DNA of 63,336 nt, counting the filler, from Octopus bimaculoides (taxonomy: Eukaryota), in the NCBI RefSeq assembly GCF_001194135.2. It is 9 parts of 7 records of this genome, joined end to end, with 100 filler letters (N's around TTAATTAATTAA, not from the genome) between each part and the next. Parts side by side here need not be neighbours in the genome. Positions count along the whole stretch, not along the records: positions 1 to 4,479 come from NC_068993.1; positions 4,580 to 16,015 come from NC_068984.1; 7 more parts are not named here. One strand, written 5' to 3'. Of the stretch, positions 1 through 14,020 are shown in pieces (position 1 is the stretch's first letter; each line of letters opens with the position of its first letter). A model generated the notes under the pieces. The model did not search any database, was not told the DNA's origin, and worked only from the letters and a program-made list of their open reading frames with translations. The position numbers and the translations under genes are program-made.

Positions 1-24
1 TATAGATATAGATATAGATATAGT

Positions 25-1245
25 GAATCCAAGTTACCTGATGAACTAGTACACCCCAATAAACGTATAGCAAAAACTCTCAATAAGAGTCATAAACATA
101 ACATTCGTAAAAACACGTCAATCATCGCTACAATAACAATCTTAATATCCACAGCCAATACGAGCACCAAAACTAAGATTTTACTAACGAAAAGAATAAA
201 ATAAATTTTAGTAATTTCCACCTTCCTAACCACACTAATATTAACAAACATATCATTACTGACAACAAACACCAAAGCTGTAAAATTAGAGATAAAAATA
301 GGAACATTGAGCCAATAAAGAGAAATAATAACAACAATCTAAACATGCCAAATTCCTTCAATAAAATATGTAACCATATTAATATTAATAAGGATAGGAA
401 TTGAATAGCAAAAAAAGAAACCAATATCTTGTATGAGATTAGCTGACCCTCTTAACACAAGCCAACTTTTCAAGAAAGCAAATAACAATAATACTATTTG
501 GATTATAATCCCTTTGGTCAAACATTTAAAATCTAACTTTATTAGATCCATTAGCGTGATAATTAATTGAAACTTCAAAAACTCTAAATATGCTAAAATA
601 TTTAATAATAAAAAATTAGATTTGGCTTTTCAGTTTTCCCAAATCTCTTTAGGATAATTTAATCATTTTAACAATAAGAAACTGGATCCATTGTATAATA
701 AACAAAACTACGATATATACCTAGTATCTCCAATAATTCTACAATTAATAATAACAATACTGCAAATAACCATAACTATTATTCCTACAAACTATAGACA
801 TAACATCACCACACCACTCACTAATTTAAATTGTAATTGTCGAGGCCCAAATGCCTGTGAAGCAGATAGCAATTGTAAAAGGAAAGAAGTTGTATACCAA
901 GCAACTATTATTATTCAAGACTCCTCTAGATACATTTACATGGGTTTCCTGCAAAACTCAATCAAATCGAGAATTTATAACCACAAATCTTCTTTTAGGG
1001 ACCATCGAAAAGAAAATAGTACAGGACTATCTAAAAACATTTGGCACCTCAAAAGAAACAATATTAATTTCTGCATCTCTTGAAAAATCCTCTCTTCTTT
1101 CCCCTCTTACAGAAATAATAATAAAATTTGTTGGTTATGTTTGGAGGAAAGCTATAACATAATGAGAATGAATGGAAATTTGGTTAATAGTACGGATGAA
1201 AAATTTCTCATGTAAACACATGACTAAATTCCTATTCATCAATCT
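25..1245 (+). mobile_element. Decayed Penelope-like retroelement (PLE): RT-to-endonuclease linker and GIY-YIG endonuclease
   Basis: ORF 691-1083 reads NCNCRGPNACEADSNCKRKEVVYQATI...YIYMGFLQNSIKSRIYNHKSSF...STGLSKNIWHLK (Cys cluster plus GIY-YIG, R and H residues typical of PLE endonucleases). It continues after a premature TGA and a frameshift as CWLCLEE...LVN. The 5' boundary is uncertain. Confidence 0.8.
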
Positions 1246-3084
1246 AAAATAATTTTCACTCACCTTTTGCTTAGTTTGATATTTAAAAAAGAAAATATCT
1301 ATATATTACCCTTTACTATGGAATATAGTTACTCATCACATCCCCTTTACATTACTATATATTACACTATATTTGTACATGTTTTCTTTAATATTTCCTT
1401 CTCACAAATGTATGACCCACTATCTCTCCCTACACTTTTTGTCTCCACATGCTTGGATAAAGGAAATTATATCTTTCCTTAGTATGTAATATACCTATAT
1501 TTTTTTAATATTTTATTTGCATCATGTGGCCATGTAGTCCCCTTTTTTGCATTCCTTCCTCCTCTCAACATAACCATTCTAACTATTACTGCTTTATGTT
1601 ATTTGTTACTACACCTTACAATTACGTATTTCTACTGCTGATATATGCACACATGTATGCACATATAATACTTCATGGTGTCCTGCATGTCTACACCCAT
1701 GTATGCACATCTAGGTATGGATCTTATATTTTATCTATTTGTGTATACTAAAGATATGTGTTTGATTTGTATATATAGGTACTGGCATGTATGTTAATAT
1801 GAACGTGTGTATCTGCGTATATATGCATATTTCGTATACATATATATATACAATTTATTATGTGTATTTATATGTATATGTGTGTGCCCCTTCGCTCTTT
1901 GCACCGGTATAGGTATATTTGTCCTGTTCTTTTATATGTATACCTTAATCGTACATCTACAAGAATTCTTGTATCTATATATATACTAATGTGCAAATAT
2001 GCTTCTACACACATATGAGTAAATATACACACACTCTTCTCCTTACTAGATTGCATTTCCCCTATATTATGTGTAAAATTTTGGACACTTGTGTGTACCC
2101 TTCTGCTCGTATTTTTTCTTATAATAATTGTGGCACAACAACCATACAACTTGAATACCACTATGACCATGCCACCACTACATATCCTTCTCACATAATA
2201 CTAAGCTAGATTATTACCTCTAAAATAATCTTCTTTTGCATATATTAAAACACGCCTACTGCATAACCTAACATATCAATATCCTAAGCTTTATTTTTTT
2301 TTTACTCTTCTCTTTCTCCGCTCATTTATCTCACCTACAATTATTTATTTTTTTAGTACACCTATCTTTATTTCCAATTTCAATTCCACTTTTTTCATTT
2401 TTATAGACACAGCAAGTACATACTACTCTAATTGTAATATTAACAACTGTTTTTTTATTATTATTTTTTATCACTAATACGTATTACCTAATATGATTTT
2501 TTTATGCAAACACGAGTCCCTTATATACATCATATTCTCTTTCTTATTGCTGTATTTCTCCTAACATTTGTTTGCGTTAACTATTATGTATTAGCTTCTT
2601 ATATAGCACCTCCTCACTCTAAACTTCATTCTCGTGTAAAGAATTTTTTTTTAAGAATTACATTATACTACGTAATGATTTCAACGGTTGGTTCATATTT
2701 TCATTCAAACCTAGAAGTGTCTTTCCATTGGACATTTCTAATACTTATTTGCACTACGCTACTTATTTGGAGTTAAAATTCCTAATTCCCATATTCTTCT
2801 ATAGAGGGAACGTCTGTGATACATCTTTACTTACATTTTCAAATAACCGTTGAAGCCATTATTTATAGTTAAATACCCGACATGACTCAATTTCATTCTC
2901 ACACGGATAAAAATATGATTCTCCTAGATCCAATTTTTATGCTATATTCCTTCTCAAGTTCCTTGTATTATGGTTTCTACTTCCTGCACTGAAGAGTACG
3001 TTGATATTTAATTAATTTAATGTAATTCAATCATAATTTTTTCTCTCCCACCCTTTCCCTATTCTTTTCTCCCTTTCACCGTTC

Positions 3085-3094
3085 TCTCTCTCTA

Positions 3095-3140
<46 letters not shown>
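3085..3140. repeat. (CT)n-(CA)n compound microsatellite
   Basis: Directly visible dinucleotide runs. Confidence 0.95.
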
Positions 3141-3143
<3 letters not shown>

Positions 3144-4071
3144 TCCTACTTGACTCTCACGTCGCTGACACGTGGCGAGAGGGGATCTCTCTTTCTGCCC
3201 ACTGCCTTCCTATAGAAAAGACGTGCCTTTTCCTGTCTCCTCATGGCTCGTCTATCTAGCATTCATAATAACTTTTCTATCGTCTTGGCACAAAAGCCCT
3301 CACCGTTTGTTTTTACTGTCTTGTACTCACTGTCCTCTTCTTGTTAACACTTTCACCCTCCGCAAAAAATCCCAAATTTTATTTAATTTGCTTTGCGGGA
3401 GGGACTGTTTCAACGAAGTCGCGAATTGTCCTTGCCTTCGGAACACGGAGTAGATGGAACAGGGACAACTGACGAAGGGGTATACTCTTTATGTTACATA
3501 CTCTTTATGTTTCTCTGTTTCTTTTTTTTCGTTGTTCGAAAAAAGTTCGTTTCTTATGTTTCGTTTATCATTGTGTTTAACGTTTTTTTATATCCTGTAC
3601 CAATATATGCATGTATGTATACATATAGATGTAGCCATTTACATATATGCGTGGATATATGCATATNNNNNNNNNNNNNNNNNNNNNNNNNNNNNNNNNN
3701 NATATATATATATATGAATAATGCGTGAAAACGAATTTCCAAATCAATCAGGTACCACCCTTTAGCATTACATGCATCTGCATATCGTGCAGTGGGGTCT
3801 TCATTATAAAATATTTATATATATTTATCTAGAAATATACAAAATATTTAATAGAAATTAATAATTCAATTTCTGGGATTAATAAATATGTGGGCATTCT
3901 ATTTCAGATTATGCAAAAAAAATAACATACCGAGTTTACCTTCAGATATACACGTTAATTTATGTTTTGCATAATCTGAAATAGAATACCCACCTATGTA
4001 TTAATCCTCAAAACTGAATCATATATACATATATATATATATACTTTGCATATATACATATGTATATATAT

Positions 4072-4270
4072 TCTTTTATGCTTTTATTTGTTTCAGTCAT
4101 TTGACTTCGGCCATTTGACTTTAGTCGAATAAATCGCCACCTGGATTAATGTTTGGAAGCCTAATACTTATTCTATCGGTCTCTTTCTGCCGAACCGCTA
4201 AATTTACGGGGACGTGAACACACCAACATCAGATGTTAAGCGATGGTGGGGGACAAACACAGACACACGA

Positions 4271-4303
<33 letters not shown>

Positions 4304-4472
4304 CACAACGACAGGCTTCTTTCAGTTTCCGTCTACCAAATCCACTCACAAGGCTTTGATCGACCCGAGGCTATAGTAGAAGACACTTGCCCAACGTACC
4401 ACGCAGTGGGACTGAACCCGGAACCATGTCGTAGGTAGGCAAGCTACTTACCACACAGCCACTCCTGCGCCT
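4072..4472 (-). mobile_element. SINE family B, near full length
   Basis: Minus strand starts AGGCGCAGGAGTGGCTGTGTGGTAAG (A box), has GGTTCAGTCCC (B box) and ends in a ...TGACTGAAACAAATAAAAG tail. Same sequence recurs at 11881, 17912, 22459, 27113, 50601 and 53801. Confidence 0.9.
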
Positions 4473-4523
4473 ATATATANNNNNNNNNNNNNNNNNNNNN
4501 NNNNNNNNNNNNNNNNNNNNNNN

Positions 4524-4535
4524 TTAATTAATTAA
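4524..4535. other. Assembly spacer TTAATTAATTAA (stop codons in all six frames), not biological
   Basis: Identical 12-mer isolated between N runs at 4524, 16060, 18546, 21347, 36813, 48680, 55388 and 62219. Confidence 0.9.
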
Positions 4536-5493
4536 NNNNNNNNNNNNNNNNNNNNNNNNNNNNNNNNNNNNNNNNNNNNATATATATATATATATATATA
4601 TACATGTATATTTAACTGTAAAGGTGTTCATACAGTATCTGTTAGCCTTCATGGGGTTTGTCTTAAAATAACATACGGTTCTTTCTTTACATACGTTTTT
4701 ACAGATATACAATCAATTTCACGGATCCATTCGTATTTAAATTAAGTCTAAATCCGTTATATATATTTTATTTTTATTAGCTATTCAAAATGTCTTCCAT
4801 CTATTTTTTTTTTCAAATCAATTATATTTCCAACAGTGTATCTTTTATCTGCTACTTAAAAGTTTACGACGGCTTCCGATACAATTAATAGATTGCAATA
4901 GTGGTAATTTAACGTAAACAAACGTATGTTTACCTTATCTTTTTGTACCTTCGTCAAAAATATCTTACATTGTTTGTTATTTCCACTTCACGTTCTAAAG
5001 GTGCATCAGACCCAATTTTAGATCTTGTTAAATGTTACATATTATTTTCAATTTTTTTTTTCTTTTTCAAATCCGCATTCATTTCAATTCCACCAGAGTA
5101 GATTTCTCTAACTTACCGTGGGCAATTGCAAGCGTGACAGTTTTACAATGCCCCTCATTTTGTAACTATACTAAATACTTGATTATAGATAATGTACGTG
5201 TTTTATCAGCAGAATTTATTTTTTATTTACTCAAAACCTCATCTATAGAAATAATATACGAAGCGGTATTTTGTGCGAATATATCACCATTAGATACGTA
5301 CTCTTTAAATAAGATGTAGAGACGCATTGGCTGATATATACATGATTCGCTTTATCTACTCATAGAGCATAATACCTCTATTTAAATAGAATATCCCTGT
5401 TGTTTATGTCAAATTTAGCTGTTTTGCACTGTTGAACTTTATTTAAAAGCAGTAATTCTTCTATACGTACATACATACATACGTACATACACT

Positions 5494-5700
5494 GTTGTTG
5501 TTGGCACTCTGTCGCTTACGACGTCGAGGGTTCCAGTTGATCCGATCAACGGAACAGCCTGCTCATGAAATTAACGTGCAAGTGGCTGAGCACTCCACAG
5601 ACACGTGTACCCTTAACGTAGTTCTCGGGGATATTCAGCATGACACAGTGTGACAAGTCTGACCCTTTGAATTACAGGCACAACAGAAACAGGAAGTAAG
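5494..5700 (-). mobile_element. SINE family A, 3' half (cut by gap)
   Basis: Reverse complement of the 3' half of 23816-24197 and 59301-59685; ends in a (CAA)n tail. Confidence 0.9.
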
Positions 5701-6614
5701 NNNNNNNNNNNNNNNNNNNNNNNNNNNNNNNNNNNNNNNNNNNNNNNNNNNNNNNNNNNNNNNNNNNNNNNNNNNNNNNNNNNNNNNNNNNNNNNNNNNN
5801 NNNNNNNNNNNNNNNNNNNNNNNNNNNNNNNNNNNNNNNNNNNNNNNNNNNNNNNNNNNNNNNNNNNNNNNNNNNNNNNNNNNNNNNNNNNNNNNNNNNN
5901 NTATATGTATATATATATATATGTATTAACCAACTGCATTAACCAACTACAAGAAACAGAAACACCCAACAACTCTCTTCAAATAACATAAAAAATAAGA
6001 CTCGCGAGTTTCTGCGTAGATGATATCTAATTCGAAAAGGAAAATAATAAAAAAAACTCCTACATTCATAGATGAGCAAGCACACACACACGTGCGCACT
6101 TACATACATAGATAAACACATACATACGCGGAGTGTATCACTATATACATCCTAAAATTAATCCGCACACTTATACACAATTTATAAATTCCAAACACAA
6201 AACTAAGAAACTGAAATGCTAAGCCCTTTCTATTCCTTGATCGAATAAATGAAAACCGATTTCATAAAGAAAATTATGACAATATTAGAAAAAAAAATTC
6301 TCTAACTTAAACTCAAGTGTTTCTAAAACGGACAAACCTGAGCAAAATAAATTAAATTTCAATTTCAAGAGGCTAAATCTTTCTTTAAATATCTCTCCGT
6401 GAAATATTTTTGCGATAAAAGTGGCAATTTAAATTTCAGTTCTTTTCCTTTTTTATCTCCCTTCTAAATTTCAGGTAATTTTCTTTTCAGACACTGTAAA
6501 GTAAATATCGCAAACATCGTTCGTATGCTCTGAGTTGTTTTTCTTTGTTCAGTTTCTTTTTGTATTGCAATGGATTACAAGTAGACATATACATATGTGT
6601 ATAAATACGTGCGT

Positions 6615-6800
6615 GGAGCCACATGGCCTAGTTGTTAGAGCAGCGGATCGAGGATTCGAATCTCAGACCGGGCGATGTATGTGTTTGAGAGCGAAACACC
6701 TAAGCTCCACGAGGCACCGGCAGAAGGTAATAGCGAACTTCTGCTGACTCTTACGCCACAACTTTCTCTCACTCTTTTTTTCCTCCTGCATCTAGAAGCT
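6615..6800 (+). mobile_element. SINE family A-type head and body with a different 3' part
   Basis: GGAGCCACATGGCCTAGTTGTTAGAGCAGCGG...CAGACCGGGCG...AAACACCTAAGCTCCACGAGG...CCACAACTTTCTCTCACTC matches the family A 5' half, then diverges. Confidence 0.75.
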
Positions 6801-9800
6801 CACTATTAGTGGTTAATGAGTATGGTACCTAGGAGCAGACATCCAACGTAGAATACACCTGTTTGGTGGGCTTAGTCTATCTTATTTTCAGAAATCAATT
6901 CTGGAGACGTTTTCTCTGCGCATGCGTGCTGCTTCGAATATACTCGGCAGTTTGACATGGTTGCTGCCGCATATTATAATGTGTATGCTAATGAGTGTGT
7001 AATGAGGTGGTTAAGATTAATTTAAGTGGAGAGTAGTTTGGACAGATGGTTGATGTTAGGTTTCAGAGTCAGTTTGTCTGTGTGCGAGTGTGTGTGTGAC
7101 CTATGTGTGCATCTATGGCCTGGGTGTAAGTATGGCGTGCGAGTTGAAAGAAATAGTAAGGAATCATAAAGAGATCAATACAAGAATGAAAGATTCACCC
7201 ACTGTATACATGTCTGTAAAAAATGGTAAGTTACAGAAGAACCACTGAATGGTACGATTTCTCCTAATAACATAATATCTTTTACATTAACTACGTTGAT
7301 GTATGGAAGATCACGTATGCTGAAGTTAGTAAGACAGACAGAAAGGTCAGACAAACGGATATGGGAATGATAGTGGTCGATATGTATACTTGTAATGATA
7401 AGCTGTTCTGTATATTTGTCTGATTTTATGTGTTATAAAGCAAGTGAAATATTGATTTTATAACAGTGATATTAACTAGAAACAGAAGGGATTCTATATA
7501 AAATTTGACCTTAAACAGAATATGAATGGAAAAGCCATAGTATGCATGAGGAAAGAGAAAACGGAATATGATATAACATTTAATGACACATCGGACGAGA
7601 GAGGAGTAATGCTTGAAATTCTGGACATGGGAGAATGAGAATGCAGCAATTTCAAATAAATAAAGTAATCAGTTTGTATGGAAAGATTAAGTTGTCGCAT
7701 TAGAAGCTAAATAAGCGATAGAAATGAAAGGGATTGATTGAAAATGTGCAAATAAGAAATGTGAAGAAGTTAGACATAGCAAAATGTGAAAGACACACAA
7801 AAAGGATTATAATGTGAGTAGTAGAGAAAAGGAATTACTTGAAAACTGGGAAAAAGAAAATACATTTTTATTTTATTTATATTTAAATCTTTTTTTATAG
7901 TTAATTGCTCTCTTGACAACCCAACTATGCAAGTTGTTCTTAACCAATCGTATTGCTTTGTTCATTTGCTGTCGACTTACTGTAACCTTTTTGAAGTGCA
8001 ATTTTTTTAAACGTTTCAGGTATTAGAAAATATTAGACAATAGTTTTCTCTAATAGTCACGCAAGATCATTTACATCATCAAATGGAACATCGCCTTCAT
8101 TAATGAACTCCCTGATAAACATTTTAGGTTAGTGGTTGAGTAGTTGACCGAGTGGAATAACAAAATTAACTCAATATTAATTTCTAAGTTGCCAAGAAAT
8201 AAACTGCAACATCGGATTTGAGCCCCAGGAAGTTTAGCAAAACAGGCACCACTTGAAGGGGACCAGACTTGGAATTTTGCTGAGAAGAATTCGGTATCTT
8301 TCTGGACATTGTATCCCTATATANNNNNNNNNNNNNNNNNNNNNNNNNNNNNNNNNNNNNNNNNNNNNNNNNNNNNNNNNNNNNNNNNNNNNNNNNNNNN
8401 NNNNNNNNNNNNNNNNNNNNNNNNNNNNNNNNNNNNNNNNNNNNNNNNNNNNNNNNNNNNNNNNNNNNNNNNNNNNNNNNNNNNNNNNNNNNNNNNNNNN
8501 NNNNNNNNNNNNNNNNNNNNNNNNNNNNNNNNNNNNNNNNNNNNNNNNNNNNNNNNNNNNNNNNNNNNNNNNNNNNNNNNNNNNNNNNNNNNNNNNNNNN
8601 NNNNNNNNNNNNNNNNNNNNNNNNNNNNNNNNNNNNNNNNNNNNNNNNNNNNNNNNNNNNNNNNNNNNNNNNNNNNNNNNNNNNNNNNNNNNNNNNNNNN
8701 NNNNNNNNNNNNNNNNNNNNNNNNNNNNNNNNNNNNNNNNNNNNNNNNNNNNNNNNNNNNNNNNNNNNNNNNNNNNNNNNNNNNNNNNNNNNNNNNNNNN
8801 NNNNNNNNNNNNNNNNNNNNNNNNNNNNNNNNNNNNNNNNNNNNNNNNNNNNNNNNNNNTATATATATGTCCATAATTTGATAACAGTTTGACCCAGCAC
8901 CATACGACTGAAAGCTCTGTAGGGTCGTAGCATGAAATTATCTCCTCGGCGATCCAGAGAAGAGTAAAAAGTCTGAGATGTTAGCCTTCTATTGGCCAAC
9001 TCGCAAGCCACGTGGTATTATTGGTCCGGGAGCGATAGCAGTTCTCTGATTTATCGTTAGTTCTACGTGCTCGTACAGGATATTTACAGATAGCTGTCAC
9101 CGCCATATTTAGAAGATGCGGGATTATGTATTTAACGGTATGAGTTCATTGCATTTCATGCCACACATGGTATGGGTAGTGCCTGTTAACGCAGTTATCG
9201 TTCTTTGGTAGAGAGGATCAGTGGAAGATTAACACATTAGGAGCAACAGTCTTTCCTTTGGAATAACTAGATTTAGAATTACTAGAATAAAATTTTGGTT
9301 GTACCAGATTAAAAATCGAGTTTAGACGGTCAGCATGGCTGGGGCTGCTGTCTATACAGGCGGGAAAGGCTACGAAGCCTTCCATTGTCCCAAGAGTAGC
9401 CAGACGTCTGCTGTCAAATGGGTGAAGTTCATTTACAGAACGTACTAACACATATGCATATATACATATACATACATATATATTATATGTATGTATATGT
9501 ATATATGCATATGTGTNNNNNNNNNNNNNNNNNNNNNNNNNNNNNNNNNNNNNNNNNNNNNNNNNNNNNNNNNNNNNNNNNNNNNNNNNNNNNNNNNNNN
9601 NNNNNNNNNNNNNNNNNNNNNNNNNNNNNNNNNNNNNNNNNNNNNNNNNNNNNNNNNNNNNNNNNNNNNNNNNNNNNNNNNNNNNNNNNNNNNNNNNNNN
9701 NNNNNNNNNNNNNNNNNNNNNNNNNNNNNNNNNNNNNNNNNNNNNNNNNNNNNNNNNNNNNNNNNNNNNNNNNNNNNNNNNNNNNNNNNNNNNNNNNNNN

Positions 9801-10246
9801 NNNNNNNNNNNNNNNNNNNNNNNNNNNNNNNNNNNNNNNNNNNNNNNNNNNNNNNNNNNNNNNNNNNNNNNNNNNNNNNNNNNNNNNNNNNNNNNNNNNN
9901 NNNNNNNNNNNNNNNNNNNNNNNNNNNNNNNNNNNNNNNNNNNNNNNNNNNNNNNNNNNNNNNNNNNNNNNNNNNNNNNNNNNNNNNNNNNNNNNNNNNN
10001 NNNNNNNNNNNNNNNNNNNNNNNNNNNNNNNNNNNNNNNNNNNNNNNNNNNNNNNNNNNNNNNNNNNNNNNNNNNNNNNNNNNNNNNNNNNNNNNNNNNN
10101 NNNNNNNNNNNNNNNNNNNNNNNNNNNNNNNNNNNNNNNNNNNNNNNNNNNNNNNNNNNNNNNNNNNNNNNNNNNNNNNNNNNNNNNNNNNNNNNNNNNN
10201 NNNNNNNNNNNNNNNNNNNNNNNNNNNNNNNNNNNNNNNNNNNNNN

Positions 10247-10322
<76 letters not shown>

Positions 10323-10712
10323 CTTAATGATAGTTTTGTGTATGCTTGTATATAAAAGTATACTAAATTGAGAATCCACTCAATAATTTTCGATAGCATA
10401 TTAATTTTATATCTACAACGAAAAGGTTAAGAGCTACTTGCAGCTTTCAATTTTCCAACTCTCGCAAGACTGGTGGTTAAGAAAACATTTCGAAGGAGCT
10501 GTCAAACATTTCGTGGTAAGAATAATGTAAACATTATGTCGGTATTTATGTATGTAGGTAGGTATGTATACGTTCGTGTGTGCATGTGTGCATGAGTGTG
10601 CGTGCGCATGTAGTGTATACATGTGTATATATGCACGCGTAGGTGTACAGAATCAAGTACTGATATATATCTTTTCTCTTTCTCTCTCTTTCTCACTCAC
10701 ACACACACGCAT

Positions 10713-10748
<36 letters not shown>

Positions 10749-10859
10749 ATACACGCTCACACACTGTTTACTGTTCCGTTAAAAGCCGGATCAACGAAAA
10801 AATTATTCTAGCTAGTGAAAGATAAATATAATTAAATGTGTACAGTACTTAAACATCAA

Positions 10860-11095
10860 GCAAAAATATAAGTAGCGATCGTGATACACACCACGAAGAA
10901 ATGATCAAGCTCAATAACAATCTAATAAGAAACAACATACCCCAAAACGTACTATCCTCTCCAATTATGAAGAAAAGAGAGGATGAAACCAATAAACTGT
11001 CCACAGTCTGCCTACCCAATGCGAAAGGCCTCTCCGAAAAGATGCAAACATTTGCAACCCATATGACATCAAGACAGTATTCAAGAGTAATAGAT
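10860..11095 (+). mobile_element. PLE fragment (post-RT linker)
   Basis: With one frameshift reads STVCLPNAKGLSEKMQ/NICNPYDIKTVFKSN, matching the PLE linker pattern LPY..G.SE.I..I...Y.I.TVFK. Confidence 0.65.
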
Positions 11096-11194
11096 GTAGA
11101 TGTTTTTTTTACGTCGATGAAACCTAGCTGTTCATCCATAGATACCAATAGAATAAATATCAGACTAAAAAAAAAATAATAACTACCTGAGTCG

Positions 11195-11275
11195 ATATTT
11201 TCGACCAAAACCCTTCAAGGCGGTACCCCTGCATGGGCGCAGTCCAATGACTGAAGGCAGTATGAGATAAAAAGT
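11195..11275 (+). mobile_element. SINE family B 3' tail fragment
   Basis: GTCGATATTTTCGACC...AAGGCGGTACCCCTGCATGGGCGCAGTCCAATGACTGAA is a degenerate copy of the family B tail. Confidence 0.65.
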
Positions 11276-11880
11276 GTACAAATATCCATACACACATACG
11301 CATCTTCTACATACTTAGACAAACATTTTGTTTACATTTATAACAATCGCATATACAATACCATAATATAATTCATTAATGTTACCATACATCGCTATTC
11401 TCTCACACATACATAATTTTCTACACAAATTTTCACGGGAAAATTCTCTAGAAATCAATTTACACATATACATTTTAATAATTGCTTTCCTATGAATATA
11501 CAATGTAAAATACATTTTGTTCTCAATTTAATGTCATACATATTTTATTCAATGGTTTTTACCTTGCATAATGGATTTACTCCATAAAAATGCAATTTTT
11601 CTATAAATCTGTATTAATTATTTCTCCATTCACTGATTTTACCGTCACGTCACACCATAGCGGCTCGAATTTTGGTTTTTTTAAATTTTATTTTTCTATT
11701 TTAGCAAATACGGACCTTAATTAATGGTATGTTATTCCTGAAACATGCCATCAACTTATCCATTGTGAATATTTTCTGCATGTTCTATAACTTATCTCTC
11801 TCTCTCTGTCTCTCTTCCTTCTCTATATCTCCCTCTCTCTTTTATACACAAACACACACATATTTGCATACGTTCATATT

Positions 11881-12140
11881 CTTTTATTCTTTGATTCTTT
11901 TATTTGTTTCAGTCATTTGACTGCGGCCATGTTGGAGCACCACCTTTAGTCGAGCATATCGAACCCCGGACATTCTTTGTAAGCCCAATAGTTATTATAG
12001 CTGTCTCTTTTCTTTTGCCGAACCGCTAGCTTACGGGGACGTAAATGCACCAGCATTGGTTGTCAAGCAATGTTGGGGTAGGGGGACAAGCGCAGACACA
12101 CAAACATATACACACACATACAGATACATACATACATACA
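11881..12140 (-). mobile_element. SINE family B, 5'-truncated
   Basis: Matches the 3' two-thirds of 4072-4472 and 17912-18271. Confidence 0.85.
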
Positions 12141-12384
12141 TACATATTCCAAGACCGGGCGTTGCGTTGTCATCTTAAGCGAAGCACTTTATTTCACATT
12201 GCTCTTCGATCCTTTCGTCATCTGACACGTGGCACACGTTACACCTGAACAGATAATTTCGATTTCATATAGAGAATGGGCTTACGCGTACAGAAGCATT
12301 TGAAGACTATAAACAAATCACCAGAGTGTTTGTTGGGCTAGAAATTGGCGAACCCTCATACCTCATACGTCGTCTAACGACGGA

Positions 12385-12635
12385 AGAGTCCTTCATGTAT
12401 GCAGACTCAGATGCTGCAGCAGCTTGGGCTTGAAAGGCCCACACCTCTTCAACACAAACCCACAAAGCCTGAGAAACCTCTTCCAAAACAAATTGGGTCC
12501 CCTTCTGTCAAGAGTTCCGGATGAACCTACCTCAAGGCAAGAAGCACAGATGAGTGCAGCAACATCAAACTCCCTAATCCACCAAATGTCATATATCAGA
12601 GGAGGTTTAGTGAAAGTGGGCAGGAAGTAAGAAAT
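12385..12635 (+). mobile_element. CR1/L2-group LINE 3' ORF2 fragment
   Basis: Translates RCCSSLGLKGPHLFN...[35 protein letters not shown], homologous to the end of the 44290-45690 element (ILEEPTSRQ...NSLTHQMPHIRGG). Confidence 0.75.
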
Positions 12636-12666
12636 GTATATATATATATAAATTCATTCATATACC

Positions 12667-12704
<38 letters not shown>

Positions 12705-12742
12705 TATATACATATACACATATACACAGCCACATATATATG

Positions 12743-12792
<50 letters not shown>

Positions 12793-13228
12793 GAGAGAAA
12801 GGCAGAGGAGACAGAGTAGTGGTACAACAAAGCACCAATGTTTACTGGAAATAGCAGTCGATACACTTACGACGCTATAGTAAATCTTCAATGTGTATAT
12901 ACTGGCAAAGAATTGTGAGGGCAGCGAACATAAAAACATTCGTCTTACCTCTAGGAAGAACATTAGATAAATGGATAACCCAGAATCGGATAATCTAGTA
13001 CCTAGGTCTCGGACTCTTCAAATACATTTGTTATCGTAAATTTGATTAGCCTTCTTCAGCAAGATTTACCTGGACAATATTTGAAATGTTGCCACATCAA
13101 TGCCCGTATACTAGCCTGAACGCTTAGCCATTAACAGACCGAGAACAGTGAAAAATTTTCAATGAAAAGTAAAGTATTGCAATACAAATGTATTAGTTTC
13201 CAGTAAAATGAAACACCGTAAAGGTATG

Positions 13229-13315
<87 letters not shown>

Positions 13316-13717
13316 GTATAGAAACAAAAGACTGAAGAATATCATGAAAGTACATTTATTACTTTGCATCGCCAAACAAAAATCCTTGCACTTTAGCCAC
13401 CATAAAAGTGTATATGTGCGCAGCGTTCGTCTATTGTCTGTTTACACATGGAAATACTTGCCCTGTGTATTCTCTTTAGTGGCTTAACATTGGTATTCTC
13501 CATCTGTAATCGATATTGAAAACACACGATTATGTGCAGGCGAGAAAGATTTAAATCGAAATAGCCTTAATGGAATTGATTTTAGAATTTACCAATTTAT
13601 TTTAGGCTCTTGGTTGAAAATCTTCTCGTATTGTATTAGTAGAAATCCGTTACCCACATTTACTAAGCTACAAAGCGAAGCTGACTTAAAGCTCGCTTTT
13701 AAGTCTTTGTTTTTCTG

Positions 13718-13796
<79 letters not shown>

Positions 13797-14020
13797 GTTG
13801 ACGTCTTCATTCGTTTCCTAGCTGTATACTGTTTCAGTTCCTCGACTGAGCAGTTCCAATCCATATTTCACCAGCAGCAGCAGGTTAGTTGATCGAAGTG
13901 TTCATATTATCCAGCAGTTTATGAGGGAACCATGGTATACTTGTGAACCTCTGCACTAAACACTCTTATTTTATTTTAAAGCATCGGGATTTTGGTTTTA
14001 AAAAAGAATAGATAAAGCTT

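Noticed and set aside
38-85. CTGATGA at the 5' side of the PLE, possible hammerhead
   Set aside because: No intact GAAA box at a stem II end and no stem I or III pairing; at most a remnant.
3425-3480. GGAAC...CTGACGAAGGGG, possible circularly permuted hammerhead
   Set aside because: GAAA box is mutated and stem I does not pair; insufficient support.
6917-6928. NRF1-like TGCGCATGCGTG motif
   Set aside because: Single site with no CpG island or other promoter evidence.
7400-7800. Purine-rich stretch with faint resemblance to a LINE APE endonuclease
   Set aside because: Too many stops and no diagnostic catalytic motif recoverable by eye.
9218-9440. About 70 stop-free codons on the minus strand (LATLGTMEGFVAFPACIDSSP...)
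   Set aside because: No recognisable homology, start context or paired splice sites.
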